The position numbers were made by a program, and so were the translations under genes. A DNA stretch of 64,000 nt from the human T2T-CHM13v2.0 reference genome, Homo sapiens. How positions within the stretch are numbered: position 1 is the first letter of the stretch; every line of letters starts with the position of its first letter. The notes below the pieces were generated by a model. That model saw nothing but the letters and a program-made list of their open reading frames with translations, made no database searches and was not told the DNA's origin. Below are positions 13,680 through 28,082 of this stretch, in pieces. Location of the stretch: NCBI RefSeq assembly GCF_009914755.1, contig NC_060934.1. One strand, 5' to 3'.

Positions 13680-16222
13680 CAGAAAAGATACCAAAATCAG
13701 ATAAAGACAGCAGCAAAGAAAAGGAAGAAAGAAAAGAAAGCTATATAGGCCAATATTCCTCATGAATATGAAAGCAAAAAACCCTTAATGAAATATTAGT
13801 AAATGAAATTCAGCAATATATAAAAGAAATTATACACCATGACCAAATGGTGTTTACTGCAAAAATTCAAGCCTGGTTCAATATTCAAAAATCAATTACT
13901 ACAATCCATCATATTAACAGATCAAAGAAGAAAAGTTACATGATTGTATCAATTGATGCAGAAGAAGCATTTGATAAAATTCAACACCCATCATGTCAGA
14001 AAACCTTCAGAAAACTAGAAATAAAGTGAAACTTCCTAAAGTTAAGAGCATCTACCAAAAACCGACAGGTTCCCTCATGCATAATGGAGAAAGACTGAAT
14101 GCTTTCCCTATGATAAAGTAAGGATGTGTGCTCCTACCACTGTAATTCCACATAGTGTTGGAAGTTCTAGGCAATGCAATAAGCCTAGAAAAGGAAATAA
14201 AAGTACACAGATGGAAAAGGAAGAAATAAAATGCTTCTTACTTGCAAATGACATGATGATCTACAAAGAAAATTCCAAAGAATCTACAAAAATCTCCCAG
14301 AACTAAAAAGCAAGTTCAACAAAGTCAGAGGATATAAGATCAACATATAAAAATCCATTGTATTCTCCATATGCTGGCAATGAACACGTAGTCACTGAAA
14401 TTAAAAATGCAATGCTATTTATAATCCCTAACGAAACAAAACACACAGATACACATCTATAAGCCAAACTTTCGTTTATGTAGACCTGTGTAAGATAGAT
14501 ACGTTGAAAACTACACAATGCTGCAGCAAAAACAATTCAATGTAATAAAATAGTTTTTTCAACCAATGGTGCAGGAGCCATGAGATAACCATAGGCAAAA
14601 AGAAAAGGAAAAATAAATTTCATACCTTACTAAAAAATTAACTCAAAATGGGTCACAGGTTTAAATGTAAATGTAAAAGTATAAAACTTAAGAAAAAATG
14701 TAAGGGATTCTTTAGGAACTAGTGCGTGGAGAAGGGTTTTTAGGACTAATACCAAAACCATTATCCAAAAAACTTTAAAAGTATATACATTGAACATCAT
14801 CAAAATAAAAAACTTTTCCTCTGTGAAAAGCTCTAATTAGAAGATGAAAAAATAAGTACAGACTAGAAAAAAATATTTGCAAGGCACGTATCTGACAAAG
14901 GACTTATATCCAGGAAATATTTTTTAAAACAGTCAGCCTTCTCGGCTCATACCTGTAATCCCAGCACTTTAGGAGGCTGATGGGGGCGTGCTGCTTGAGC
15001 CCAGGAGTTCTAGACCAGCCTAGGCAACACAGTATAACCCTGTCTCTACAAAAAATGCAAAAATTAGCTGGGCATGGTGGTGCACAGCTGTAATCCCAGC
15101 CACCCAGCTGAGGTGAGAGGATTGCCTGGGCCCTGGAGGCCAAGACTGCAGTGAACCATGACTGTGCCACTGCACTCCAGCCTATGTGACAGAGCAAGAT
15201 CCTGACTCAAACAAACAAACAATCAAACAAACAAAAAAACAAACAAACCCCTGAAACCTCAACAATGAGAAAACAATCCAATTAGAAAATGGCAAAAGAC
15301 ATGAAAAGATGTTTCACTGAAGAGGACATATGGATGACAAGCATGTGAAAAGACGTTCGCCACCACCAGTTAATAGGGAAATGCAAATAAGACCATGATG
15401 AGCTATTACTACACACCTGACTGGTTAAAATAAAAAACAGTGACAATACCAAATGCAGCCATGAATGTAGGGAAACCGGGCTTCTCATATATTGCAGTTG
15501 GAAATTTAAAATGGTACTGTCACCCTGGAAAATAGCCTGGTAGTATCTTTAAAAATTAAACATATACTTATCATACTGTCCAGTAATTGTGCCTCCCGGT
15601 ACGTATCCCAAAGTTGTGAAAACTTATGTCCAAGCAAAAACCTGTATGCAATTGTTCATTGCCAAATATTACCTTATTTGTAATATTTAAATATTGGGAA
15701 CACCCAAAATAGCTCACAATAGGTGAATAGTTAAAAACAAAAAAAACAAAAAAACTGGGGTGTGTCCATATCACAGAACATTACTCAGCTGTACAAATGA
15801 ACAAACTACTGATACATACAGCAACTTGAATCTGTCTTAAGGGCATCATGCAATGTGAAAAAAACCCCAGTCAATCTCACAGGTCATATATGATTTCACT
15901 TATATAGCATTCTCAAAATGACAAAAGTATGGAGTTGGTGAACAGGTTAGTGATGGCTAGGGGTTAGCTACAGAGGAAGACCTCTGTGATGAAATAGTTC
16001 TGTTTCTTTACTGTAGGAGTGGCTACACTAATGTGCACAGGTGATGACACAGAACTACACACACCCTATACCAATGCGAATTTCCTGGTTTTGATGCTGT
16101 ACTACAGTTATCTAACTTAACCACTGGGGGAAACTGGATGAAGGGTACATAGGACCTCTTTGTACTATATTCATAACTTCCTATGAATCTAAAATTATTA
16201 CAAACTTAAAAGTTTTTTTAAA
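13680..16222 (+). mobile_element. Old mammalian L1 (L1MC/L1MD-like): ORF2 remnants and 3' end, interrupted by an Alu
   Basis: Decayed RT-region peptides ([10 protein letters not shown]...[16 protein letters not shown]; LLANDMMIY) and a 3' end ccactgggggaaactggatgaagggtacataggacctc. Confidence 0.85.
14932..15250 (+). mobile_element. Alu (AluJ-like) with an (AAAC)n tail, nested in L1
   Basis: Alu dimer; L1 sequence resumes on both sides. Confidence 0.9.
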
Positions 16223-19152
16223 GACAGAAAATTGTCACATAGCATTACAAGCAAACTTTGCATTTTCCTTGTTTCTTTCTTGTATCTAGTGTATCACCAT
16301 CACCCCACTCTTGGTTTCCAATTTTGAATACAGGGGATCAAATCTGTCTGACTTTTCTTCTCTCCCAGCTATAAAAAGTACATAAATTCACCTAGCTCAG
16401 TGTTTCTCAACAGGACCCAATGACATTTGAGAAGGGGCTATTTGTCATCAAGCAGGACTTTTACCAGAACTGGTCACAGCCACATGTAATCCAGCAGTGT
16501 CCCCAATGGGGCAACGAAAACTGCTTCTCATGTTCCCCAAAACTCTCTAGGAGAACCTTATTTCCTGAGGTGACAACCAATGACTTTCTTAACTCAAAAG
16601 TGAATATTAGGAAGTTAGAAATTTTTATCAGGACTGTTCTAGATCCTAGTAACTCTAAGACTGTAGGTTCCACAGACAGAATACCCACAAGAGAAACAGC
16701 AACTCAAATTCTAATGTCAAATTTAGCTAAAATTCTACTAGACAGTTTTTAAATTTTTACGCCATTTATCCATTTAAGAGCAATTATGACAGTTAAGGAT
16801 GCTATTATAAAAGCTGGTTACCACTAAATACTAGCTATCCATAATGGAAGGTTGACAGGAGTTAGGAGATAATTTTATTCTTTGCACCATAATGTCTTTT
16901 TGACTCTTGATTTGACCAGAAATCACTAGCAGAAAGAGGAAAATGAGTTCTTTCTTACATTCAATGGGATATTAATTTGAAACTCAATTATGATCACTTA
17001 TCTGACAACCCACTATACTATGATATTTGGTCACCATTCATCAGTCACTTAATCATAGGTAATATCCAGGGTAACTAGGCATTCACATAAGTCTTGAAGT
17101 TTGGCAAACTGAAGAAGTTTGAAGGAACACAACAGACCTAAGTATAATTATATAAATATAAAGCTGAAATTTCTGAATTTGGAGAACCTCCAAAAATCAA
17201 AGAGAAGGACTCAGACTGATTTATTAATGACTAAACTCTATGATACATCTAGCTTAATTCACTAAAAGTGAAAAATCCAGCTTACTTACATCAGAAAATG
17301 CATCCCTCTTAAGAAAGAAAGCTAACAGAAAGAGAATAGGAACACACTCTTTTCAAGGGAGGCATAAACCTAAATAATCTCCCCAAACTTCTTGCACATC
17401 AGTTTCATTATATTACTGATGGGTTCTGGATTTGAATGTTCTTTTGTTCCAAATGACGCAGAAAATAATATTAATTAGCGGTCAATTTCTAACAAGTCAA
17501 TCTCTCAAAAGAAGTGCTCAGCAGCATGAAGTACTATTTATAAAGCCCAGATCTCAGCTGCCTTCTTTTACCCAAATTTGTACATTATGACTAATCGCCA
17601 CCAGTCACTGAGCCTAATAAACGTTAAAGCCCCATCTGTAGTACCTTCCAGAAATACTGACTTTTTTCAAGGCTCCAATAATGAAGGAATTGTATTTGTA
17701 TTGCTTATCTTGTCATCACCAATAATGTTGTCCCCAAAGTTCTAAAACCTGCATCACTGCTTTCCAATGTGGCAGCTTACACTGGTGGTGAAAACCTTAG
17801 AATAAAACTATAGCATACGTGTGGTCCACCAGGTAGAACTACTGCCACAAAAGGCTAACGGATCTGGTCAGTAGCCTGAACTAATGTGCATTCTCAAGTT
17901 CATTCTAGAAATTAATGCTAACGAGGCTTGCTGTACAAATAGCACTTTAGAGTAGACTTTTGAAACTAAGCATGCACTGTGATTTTCATAAATTTTAGTG
18001 GCAATTCACAAGCAAAATTAACAAAAGACACAAATGAATTTATTATATTCTTTGATATTTGAATGTCTTGTTACAAAGTGAGAATATGAACTTTCTAACA
18101 CGACCAAAAGGTTATATTTGCATGTTATGTATTTCCACTCTGTGGAGATACATATTTCAGTAAGAAAATATTTGGCTCAGGAAGAAAACATGTTTGGTGT
18201 CCTCATAAAAATAACATGACTTCTTAAGGAAACTTTGAAAAGATGGTGAGTATCTTGCAGTTGAGCCCTTAATGGATCCAGATGGCCAGGGCTATAAAAG
18301 CATACCCCCTTTACTCTTTTATTGTGACCCTGAGGTCACAAATTATCTCCAAGATGTAAGAGTCACTCATTTTTCTGAACAGTCAGATTGTTGTTCAGCA
18401 TTCTCTATCCCATTTATCTCGGGCCAAACCTCAACAATGACAGAAGTAACTGATTAGTCCAAAACCCAGCAAAAGACATAAATGTCTATTGCTTTAAACA
18501 TTTCAGTAAGTCCTTCCTGGTTCTAAAAAGAACTATTCTGAAGTTCAGATTATCACAGGCAGTTGTACCACCCGACATTGATGGACAACATTTATACTGT
18601 TTCCTATCCTTGAAACTTGAAAAAACAAATTCAAACAATTAAAACCTTTTATCAAGTCATTTTTAACTTAATAAAGAACTTATCATTTCAACTTGTTATG
18701 TTCAAGCATAAATACATCTTTCCTTTTTGTAAAAAAAAAATAAAGTGTTCCATTATGATAATGAAATTGCCTTGAACCTGCATAGAAAATAATACACAAA
18801 ATAATGTAATATACTAAATAAAGTAATAAGGTTAATTTCTTTCCTGCTGTCACTAAATTCATGCTAACAGTCTCTCTTCAGCTTGACATCAATTAATGAT
18901 TTTAATTCCAGGCTCTTGTCACAGTGTTCACCACCTTTTCTCTAATTAAAATGGATGACGCTCGATGAAGATAAAACACACAAGACTTCTGTTTTTGTAA
19001 CATTTCTATTCATTAGTATTTTTGCTTTTACAATAAATGGCTTTTAGCACTAATTGCAGTAGAATAAGATGAAAGGAACTTTTTATGATCATAAAGTCTA
19101 GTCTTTATATATCCAGAAAAGGTACCAGGTACGGGAATAACCACCGAAGTGA

Positions 19153-19297
19153 CCAAACTCCTTAGGATGGAAAACCAGTGGTGTCCTTAAACCTCTCAGT
19201 TACATACTAAATACTTTCATTTCCAAACTCCTTGGGATGCAAAACCAGTGGTGTCCTTAAACCTCTCAGTTACATACCAAATACCTCCATTTCCAAA
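19153..19297. repeat. 70-bp tandem duplication (2 copies, 5 mismatches)
   Basis: 19153-19222 versus 19223-19292, with ccaaa at all three junctions. Confidence 0.95.
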
Positions 19298-20544
19298 GCT
19301 ATGATGCTGCAACACATCTCTTTTTACATGTTGTATTTTTTTAAAGACTACAAGAAATAGAAACTGTCTTTTAACGATTTTTAATTTAAAAAGTTATGTC
19401 TGCAGAAGATAGAATATACTAATATTAGTTTAACAGAAAAAATGTTTTTAATAAATTTCAGATTGCTACATATCAGATAGTTGTTGACTATCTTCAAAAC
19501 AATGTTCAGGATCTTGCAATCAACTCTTTTGGGAAACATTTTACCCCCAACTTACTGCACTGCCATCCAGAAGCCTCATTCTGGGAACAACAGTTCGTGG
19601 ATCTTTTTCCAACAGTATTTCTTCTCTCAAAAAGTCAGTATTACAGAAATTGATCAAATAAAACCCAAATTCATGGCGAAATGAAATTTAAGCTACAAAA
19701 CAACTGGAAAGAACCGTCTGTTGAGAAAGCAGTTTTAGTCCACTATGGAAGGCTTTATTGGGCCCTCAGAGTACTTCAGCAGATGGCAGACTTCAAAAAT
19801 ACTGCAGCTCAACTCATCCTTCCTTTGGGTGATCCTCCCCCTGCCAGGTGAATCTAACAACTGCCCCCTAACAGTAGGTAAGCTGCCAGTTTGGTGCCTA
19901 TGCTGAATTCCCAAAAGAGAGATACTATTCCACTAAATTTCTTACCCTGGTAACAGTTCCAATTTTAAGTGGGATTTTAATATCTTTGTCATATTAGGGT
20001 AAAAGTTGATTGAGAAGAAAGGACTTCCATATTCTAAATGAGCCCTGAAAAAAATTTTCTTGAGTGAAAACAACTGTTTTAAAGGTACATTTCCAATTCC
20101 AGGGAAGAATGCAAGTTGCTGAAATACATAGTGGTCCCTTAGAATAGCTGGGAGGGAAAGTTAACTTGCATCCCTCAATGCTAAAATGAGATGAAACTGG
20201 TTTTAAAATACAAAACGGTTAAAAGTTGAAAAAGAGATAAAAGAAAGCATTAACAGGGAGACTGCTAACCACTAATACAATCACAACTTGTAAAGAATCC
20301 AGGCAGTTAAAAGACTGCCCACTTTCCATAAGCCTTTGTGCTTAGGGGGAGAGAGACTGAAAGTGAGGGTAGAATTTTTCTAGTTTGCTAAATTATACAT
20401 ATTCTTGGGAATAAGATCTAGCTCCCAAACTATCATCTCTATGAAGCAGTCACTACTAACTCCAGCCCCACTGATCGTTCCCCTTCCCAAAGCTCTGTAA
20501 TCATCTATTTTAACAATTGATTATATTGTCTTTTCCCCCTGCCC

Positions 20545-20797
20545 AGAGACAGGGGTCTTACTCTGTTGCCCAGGCTGGAGTGCAGTAGTATAATCATAGC
20601 TCACTTCAGCCTTGAACTCCTGGGCTCAAGACATCCTCGCACACCAGCCTCCTGAGTGTCTGGGACTACAGGTGCATACCACCATGCCCTGCTAATTAAA
20701 AAAAAATATTTTTAGGGACAGAGTCTTGCTATGTTGCCCAGGCTGGTATCGAACTCCTGGCCTCAAGTGATCCTACCACCTCAGCCTTCTGAGCAGC
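20545..20797 (-). mobile_element. Alu (AluJ-like), truncated
   Basis: Antisense Alu sequence. Confidence 0.88.
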
Positions 20798-20914
20798 CTT
20801 ACATCAATTTTTTAATGTTAACATGCTTAAATCTTTTTCTCTTAACAAAGGTAAGGGATCCCTGAGAGGGAAAAAACATTTTAAAATAGTAATTTTAAAA
20901 AGACTTATACTATC

Positions 20915-21288
20915 TGATATGGTTTGGCTGTGTTCCCACCCAAATCTCATTGTGAATTGTAGTTCCCATAATCCCCACGTGTCATGGGAGGAACCAGGTG
21001 GAGATAATTGAATCATGGGGGCGGTTTCCCCCTCCTGTTCTTGTGATAGTGACTTAGATCTCACAAAATCTGATGGTTTTATAAGGGGCATCCCCCTCTG
21101 CTGGGCTCTCATTCTTCTCTTTTCTCCCGCCACGTGAAGAAGGACGTGTTTGCTTCCCATTCTGCCATGATTGTAAGTTTCCTGAGGCCTCCTTAGTCCT
21201 GTGGAACTGAGTCAATTAGACCTCTTTACTTTATAAATTACCCAGTCTCGAGTATGTCCTTATAGCAGCATGAGAACAGACTAATATA
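20915..21288 (+). mobile_element. THE1-family (ERVL-MaLR) solo LTR, complete (374 bp)
   Basis: Begins tgatatggtttggctgtg and ends gagaacagactaatata, with a 5-bp TSD ctatc/ctgtc. Confidence 0.9.
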
Positions 21289-21624
21289 CTGTCTGATACA
21301 CTTAATATATTGTGAAACAACAAAACCAGTTGTCTTATACTGACTAATAAAACACTAGAATAATATTTCCCTAACCAACAGACACAAACACATCTCAACA
21401 GATACTCACTCAAGTAATGTTCAGGCTTTCATGGATATTAAAGCACCTACAATTATTGCCAATGCAGAGAGATGCTCTTAAGCCAAATATATCTAGGACA
21501 GCTCTCATCAGAAAGCAAACTGCATTTTCCTACTTCATTTGCAGTATCTGTCAATAAAATCGGTTTCAGATATATAGTATGCCTAATGCTTAATTTTCCT
21601 CAAGTATTCATCTATATTTTTTCC

Positions 21625-21800
21625 TTTTTTTTTTTTTTTTTTTTTTTAGAGACAAGCTCTCACTCTGTCACAAAAGCTGGAGGGCAGTGGCACAACCACA
21701 GCAGCTCACTGCAGCCTCGAACTCCTGGGCTGAAGTGATGCTCTTGCTAAAGTGTTAGGATTACAAAGTGTTAGGATTACAGGTGTGAGCCAACACACCC
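21625..21800 (-). mobile_element. Internally deleted Alu fragment
   Basis: Poly-T and a right-arm end joined to the left-arm 5' end. Confidence 0.8.
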
Positions 21801-24800
21801 AATCAAGTATTTATCGAAATAGTTAAGTTCTACAAAGCAGGTTAACAGATTCTTAAAAATTCTCATTTACCTGTGCAATGAAAATTTTTTTAAAAAAACT
21901 TGAAACTTAGCCTATTGATTAGAATTGACTTTTCTAAAGGATTCACGAGGTCAAAGAAACATGAAAAATGCTGCTACAGGATAGAAAAAATGTTTCTCTT
22001 AAAAGGTTAATTTTTAAAAGACAATCTTTGCATGACAATAAGTGATCTAAATGCAAAGATTAGTGTTAGGAAAACAAACATGTATCACTTGCTGAAAAGG
22101 ATCCTACCAACTGAGATGACAAAAAGTTCAAGTAATTACCCAAAGCAGGTATTACTGAGAACAGCTGGTAAAATTAGAAAGAGAGGAAACGGCATGCAGA
22201 AAATCCACATAAACTTGCAAAATGACACACCAAGAATGGGGAGTATCCCACTGAAGGACACAGATAGTTCAACGGTCTGGTATTGAAAACACAAGGCTTT
22301 GAAAGATGATTAGAACACTGAATAATGGAAAGTTTCAGATCATCTGTTTCCTAAGGAGATTTATAAATATTCCTTCTATACTGGGAGGATTTAATAAGAA
22401 ATTAATTAACTTTTACATATTTCCACTAGAAGCATTCAGTATCCCTGGAAATGTTCCCAAGCACAACTTACTATGCAGATATAGATAATAATATTGTAAT
22501 AGCTTTCAATGGCTGAATAACTACAAAATACAAGCCAGCTAACATTATAAACCTCATTTAATAGAATGAATAACATGAGGAGAATATTATTTGAGAGTTG
22601 GGAAATTTGGCCAGATATCATAGCTAATATTTCATGTTTCAGAACATCTTTCCTTCTTTCTGTCCCTCTTTCCCATTTGTCTGTTCACACAGACCTGACC
22701 GTGATCCAGAAAACATTTAATATGATTTTCTAAGAATGCATAAAAATGCAAAATAAATAAAAATGAAAATAGATGTCAACTTCTTAAAAGTACATAGGTG
22801 TGGAAAATGTGTACTTTATAGGAAAAAAAATGATTAGCACAGACCAGTATGTTAACAGTGTGTTAATACAGATAAATTTTTGTTTTCTGATTGTAATTTT
22901 ATGGGTTTCTCCCAAATTTTTCTGTAGTTTTTAGTATTAGAATAAACTTAGAACTAGAGCTTAAAAAGGTACATTTTTTAAACAAGTGAGAAAGGTGGGA
23001 AAGAGAAAACTGAAAAAGGAGGAGCAGTGGTAAGCACGCACTTTCATAAGTCCACAAAACAGAAGCCAGAAAGTAGAGACAGGTTACAACACTGCTTTAA
23101 ACTTGCTCGCAGTTCTGGAAAACAATCAACTCCGGTTTCCACAGCCAGTTAGAGGAGTAAGCTGAACACCGCTGAACCAGGAGTCAACGGTCTTTACTTG
23201 CCCTTGGTATTTCCCCAGTGACTCAGAATGTTGTGGGATGTCAGTATTCCAGGAAAAGCAAAAAGTGAGGGGTTGAGAGGATGTTTTGAGAATAAATAAG
23301 TTTGGAGAATGGTGACTCTCTGTTCCTATCTTGGTGACTCATAATGCACATGAACTTGGTAGAATTTTGAGAAATAACAGAGTAGAAAGATACGCATATA
23401 CTGGTTTAAACAAGTGTTTCTCAAACATACTTGTAAACAGAACACATTCTCTGCTGCTGAACACTGGGCAATCCTGTACCACATAGTGTATATACTACCA
23501 TTTAAAAATACATGGAGGTATCACTGGAGCAAAAACAACAGAAAGCCAACGTGTGATGCTTGGTCGACAGAGAAATCTATCACGGGGCTTTGTATGGGAG
23601 GCTAAGTAGACCTGAAGTTACGTAGATCACTTAATTGGAACATGTTCTGTTTTGAGTTTGGAGCCTAAACCTTTCATGTGGTGGAAATGAGCCAGTAGAG
23701 GCGCTGTCCCTAGGCATGCCTGAAACACAAGTCAGAGGCACGAAGCACTGAATTCACATTTTTGCTTAGTTTCTCAGTCTGTCTCCAATGTAGCCAACAG
23801 CATCTCTGAAAAAATAGGGTACCTAGGTTCAGTGCTCCAGAATGAGAAGTCAAAAATAGCATGTCGGAAAACCTGTTAACTTCCCCCTTGGTATCACGCC
23901 CAGACTCCCCGCTTCTCAAGAAGACCATACTCATGGAGGCTCTAGTCTGAGGCAGGGCAGGGCTAGTAGAGCAGAGCACAGATCCATACAGTGATCTTCC
24001 TAGTCCATTTCTCCCATATGGATGGCATTTACTCAAGACCCAACCTCACAGTGTTGGTAGCAAGTGACAGAAAGGGAAGGAAGTTAGCAAGAATGAAGTC
24101 AAACTTAATCTTGGACCCGGCTCAGAACAATCTAGTATATTGTCACCATCTAAATAGATCTTAACATTGAAGAAAAAACATTTAAAATTATATTCATAGC
24201 CCTTTTAGTTTTTCAATATTTATATCTTGAGCAATATTCAAGATTCCCAGATGTACACAGGCAAAAAAAGTTCTGGTTTGTGGACAATCATAACTCATGG
24301 GGGAATGTTGGGTTTTCTATTTTTATATGGAATTAGCCAAAATAATTTTTGGAATTCAAATAGCTACAGTGGTAAATAATATCCCGAGAGGTATTTCACT
24401 ACTAGTCAGCAGTGAGGGAAAGGTTGTAAGGAGAATATAAGTAGTGGTTTATTTATTTTTATTGATTACTCCAGTCAAAATTTTTTCAAGGAAGCTGCAG
24501 TTTCCATTCTCAAAAAGAACACTGCCAATACCACAGACAGAACAGAAAGAACGACATATGGAAGAATGCTTGCCCTATTAAAATACAAGTGCCAAACCTA
24601 CTCCACTTCCTAGTTCAGTCCGTTTCTTGCATTCACTTGCTCTATTACAAAATCCATAAGTTTAAATAAAACATACTTGCAAAAAGTTGTTATTGAAATA
24701 CAAAGTCAAAGTATAATAATTTTCTTAAATTATGAGCCTAATTGACTTTTTAATGGACCATTCACTTATTCCTTGACCCTGAAAGATTTTTATTTTAGGC

Positions 24801-26617
24801 CTCCTGTACATTGTAAATTCATTATGATCAACCTAGTTCCCAGAAGTATTGCATCATTAGAGGTACAGAGATGGAAATTAAAAGCAAAACTGAGAAGTGA
24901 ACTGTGCCTTAGGCAAATTAATAATACAAGTGAAACCATTATGTAAAAATCATTGTTTGGCTGGAAATATTTGACTAAGCATCATAAAAGTATTTTGGAA
25001 AATGTTGATAGAATTCTGCATGGAAACATAGCAGTCACCTTAAACTGCAAGGAAGAAATGTTTAGAAGATGAAAAATAGTACAGGATTAATGAAGCTATC
25101 TATCCCCTGTGGCAGGTATCAAGATATAGGGGAGGTATAATGTTTCTGTCGCTCAGATTACTCTCTAAGTAAATTACATATTTGCCTGTGGATGAATCTG
25201 AGTTCACACATTTACCTGGTATAGTCTCCTCCTTTAGGGAGAAGAAACTCTTCTAGGATAGAAGTTTATACTTCTGAGTCACTAAATGCTATGGCACACA
25301 CACTAAGGAACACTATGCACCCAAACCCAAAAATAGTGAATTTACTAATAAGTTTGGGAATCCCAAAATTGATGAGGATTAGAAAGAGTCCTACAAAGCA
25401 AGGTGAAATGATTTTTTAAAAATAAAAATTGAGGAGGAACCAGCCGTCTTGCTTCATAAATTTAAAATCCATATTTTTTCCCACATACATTTTCTACCCT
25501 GAAAAGCTACAGAGACTCAGAGTAACCATTCTATTCAAGAAAAACCTCAGAGGTATTAGAAGGATGAATGAAAAAATACCCAAACACTAATCTCTTTTAG
25601 ATAAAACTGTTGTAGGATACTATTTTTAGTTATTTCATTCATTAAGTATTAGAGTAAAAGCAGCCTAGCTTTAGAATTATGGTAGGAATACTGGGCTTAA
25701 TCTTAAAGATGCTGGGCTACAGTCCTAGCTATGGACAGTACTTAGCATTATAACCTTCATCAAGGTACCAGAAACTCACTGAAATCCCAGATTATTCAAA
25801 GTAAAACAGGCATAGTACCTCTTAGCTGTGGCTGCTCAGAAAATGAAATGTGATGACAGAGAGAAGCTCACTGTGAACCTGTAAACTCTAATAACAAAAG
25901 TGTGAGATGGCTTTCTCACCCCCTGGAATTATAATGAGAAAAATTCTAATCACTTAGAAAAACGGTTTTCGAGTGCCTGCTTAGAGTAACTCTTTTCATT
26001 CCTTTCATTGGTCTTTAAGTTCTCAACATGGAAATGATTCAACAATAGGTAACAATCTATCCGGAAGACATGGAAAACTTAAGTGGAAAATGTCACAAAA
26101 TGTGAAGATGGTAAAATAGAAGGAGAATCAAGAAATAAGTGTCAGGTTTGAAAGAAAAACAACATAATGAATAACAGCCTCCTGAATTCTTATTATATTT
26201 AAAATGTGATATAAAACTTCGGAGTTTTATTTTCAGAAGAGTATTTCTTTAAAATTATTATAATATACTAAATATCCATATATCAGGCAGGATTTTAAGT
26301 ACTTTTTGTGTTATTTTAAAAAATCATAAATTCAGTATTAATGTTTATTTATTCATCTAATATGCTGTTCTATTTCCTATGCAAAAGATCTTAACTAAAG
26401 CAATTAAAATCCACTTTGATGTCACAAATACATATAAGGTTTTTTTTTTTAAATCTCTCTTTACAATATATTCACCCACAACCATCAATATTTGGGTTGA
26501 TACAGGAAATATGAAGAGTAATTAAATGTAAAATCTTTACATTAAAAAAGAAGAAAGTAGAAAGAAAAAAAAAAAGAACCTCTTTCTAAGGAGGTTTAAT
26601 CAAGTAACTGAAGTCTA

Positions 26618-26890
<273 letters not shown>

Positions 26891-27762
26891 TCAGATTATT
26901 TTATTCATTTTTAATTAGAACTTCCCAGAGAAAACTCTTGAGGGAAATGATCTCAATAGCAGTTTTTCCTTTAGCAAAACAAAAACAAACAACAAGAGTT
27001 GTGGTTTATCCTTATTAAACAATTAATACATCTGTAGGACTAAGTGCTGAATACTTTAGATGCTAGAGGAAGAAAGATCTGCATTGGAGTGGGTTTTTCT
27101 TAGGACTAAAGAATGATAATCCACAATCATCTAGTTAATAATCTTTCCATAAACAACTATTCTTTATTTTCACAGCCAGGCTTATTGGAAACATTCATCA
27201 TAGTTTAAAAACTGACAAAGGCCATGTTTGCAAGGTTTAAAGTACAACAGATCATTTACACTGCACTTTAATTAAATTGAAAGGTTTAAGGTATTCTCAT
27301 CAAATACTCTCCTAAATGTGATAAAAAGCAATTGCTGAATGTGGCATCTATGACTTATAAATCCACATCTGATCAAAAACAAACACACGGAACAAACCCA
27401 TTATTGAAAAACAGTCCACACAAGTTTCTGCAGATGGGTGCTGAGCTCTTTAAGAAAACACTAACATTATTCTCTTCTGGCATCCAAAATATCCCAGTTT
27501 GATACTCAAACTTGGTATCAATTCCTTTCCCTGCTCTGTTATTTTTCTCTATAAAAGACCATATTGCCTGGAATGCATGCACTCTATATCCATAAGCAAT
27601 CTTTGTCTGTAATGCACTGGTCACCAGATGTTTCAAAAAAGAAATATTTTATAGACAGTCACACAACTAAGCATTCAGAAATAATTAAAGTATATTGAGT
27701 ATTTCTTTCTGAAGAATAACATCAATCTGGCGTACTGTGACAATTTCATATCGAAAAAGAGG

Positions 27763-28082
27763 GTCAGGCCCAGTGGTTCACGCCTGTAATTCTAGCACTT
27801 TGGGAGGCTGAGGCTTTGGGAGGCTGAGGCAGAAGGACTGCTTGAGCTCAGGAGTTCAAGACCAGCCTGGGCAACATAGCGAGACCTCGTCTCTACTAAA
27901 TACCAAAACAATCAGCCAGGTGTGGTGGTGTGCACCTGTAATCCCAGCTACTCCAGAGGCTGAGGCAGAAGGATGGCTTGAGCCTGGGAGTTCGAAGCTG
28001 TGTGAACTGTGATTGCGCCACTGTGCTCCAGCCTGGGAAAAAGAGGGAGACCTTATTTCAAAAAAAAAAAAGAAAGAAAGAA
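27763..28082 (+). mobile_element. Alu (AluJ-like)
   Basis: Dimer with an A/GAAA tail and an internal 16-bp duplication. Confidence 0.92.

Noticed and set aside
13457-21885. Recursive-splice-like CAG|GTAA motifs on the minus strand (ttttttccag|gtaact near 13462; cattgcacag|gtaaat near 21870)
   Set aside because: The donors are not full consensus and such motifs are expected by chance in 64 kb; no supporting data.
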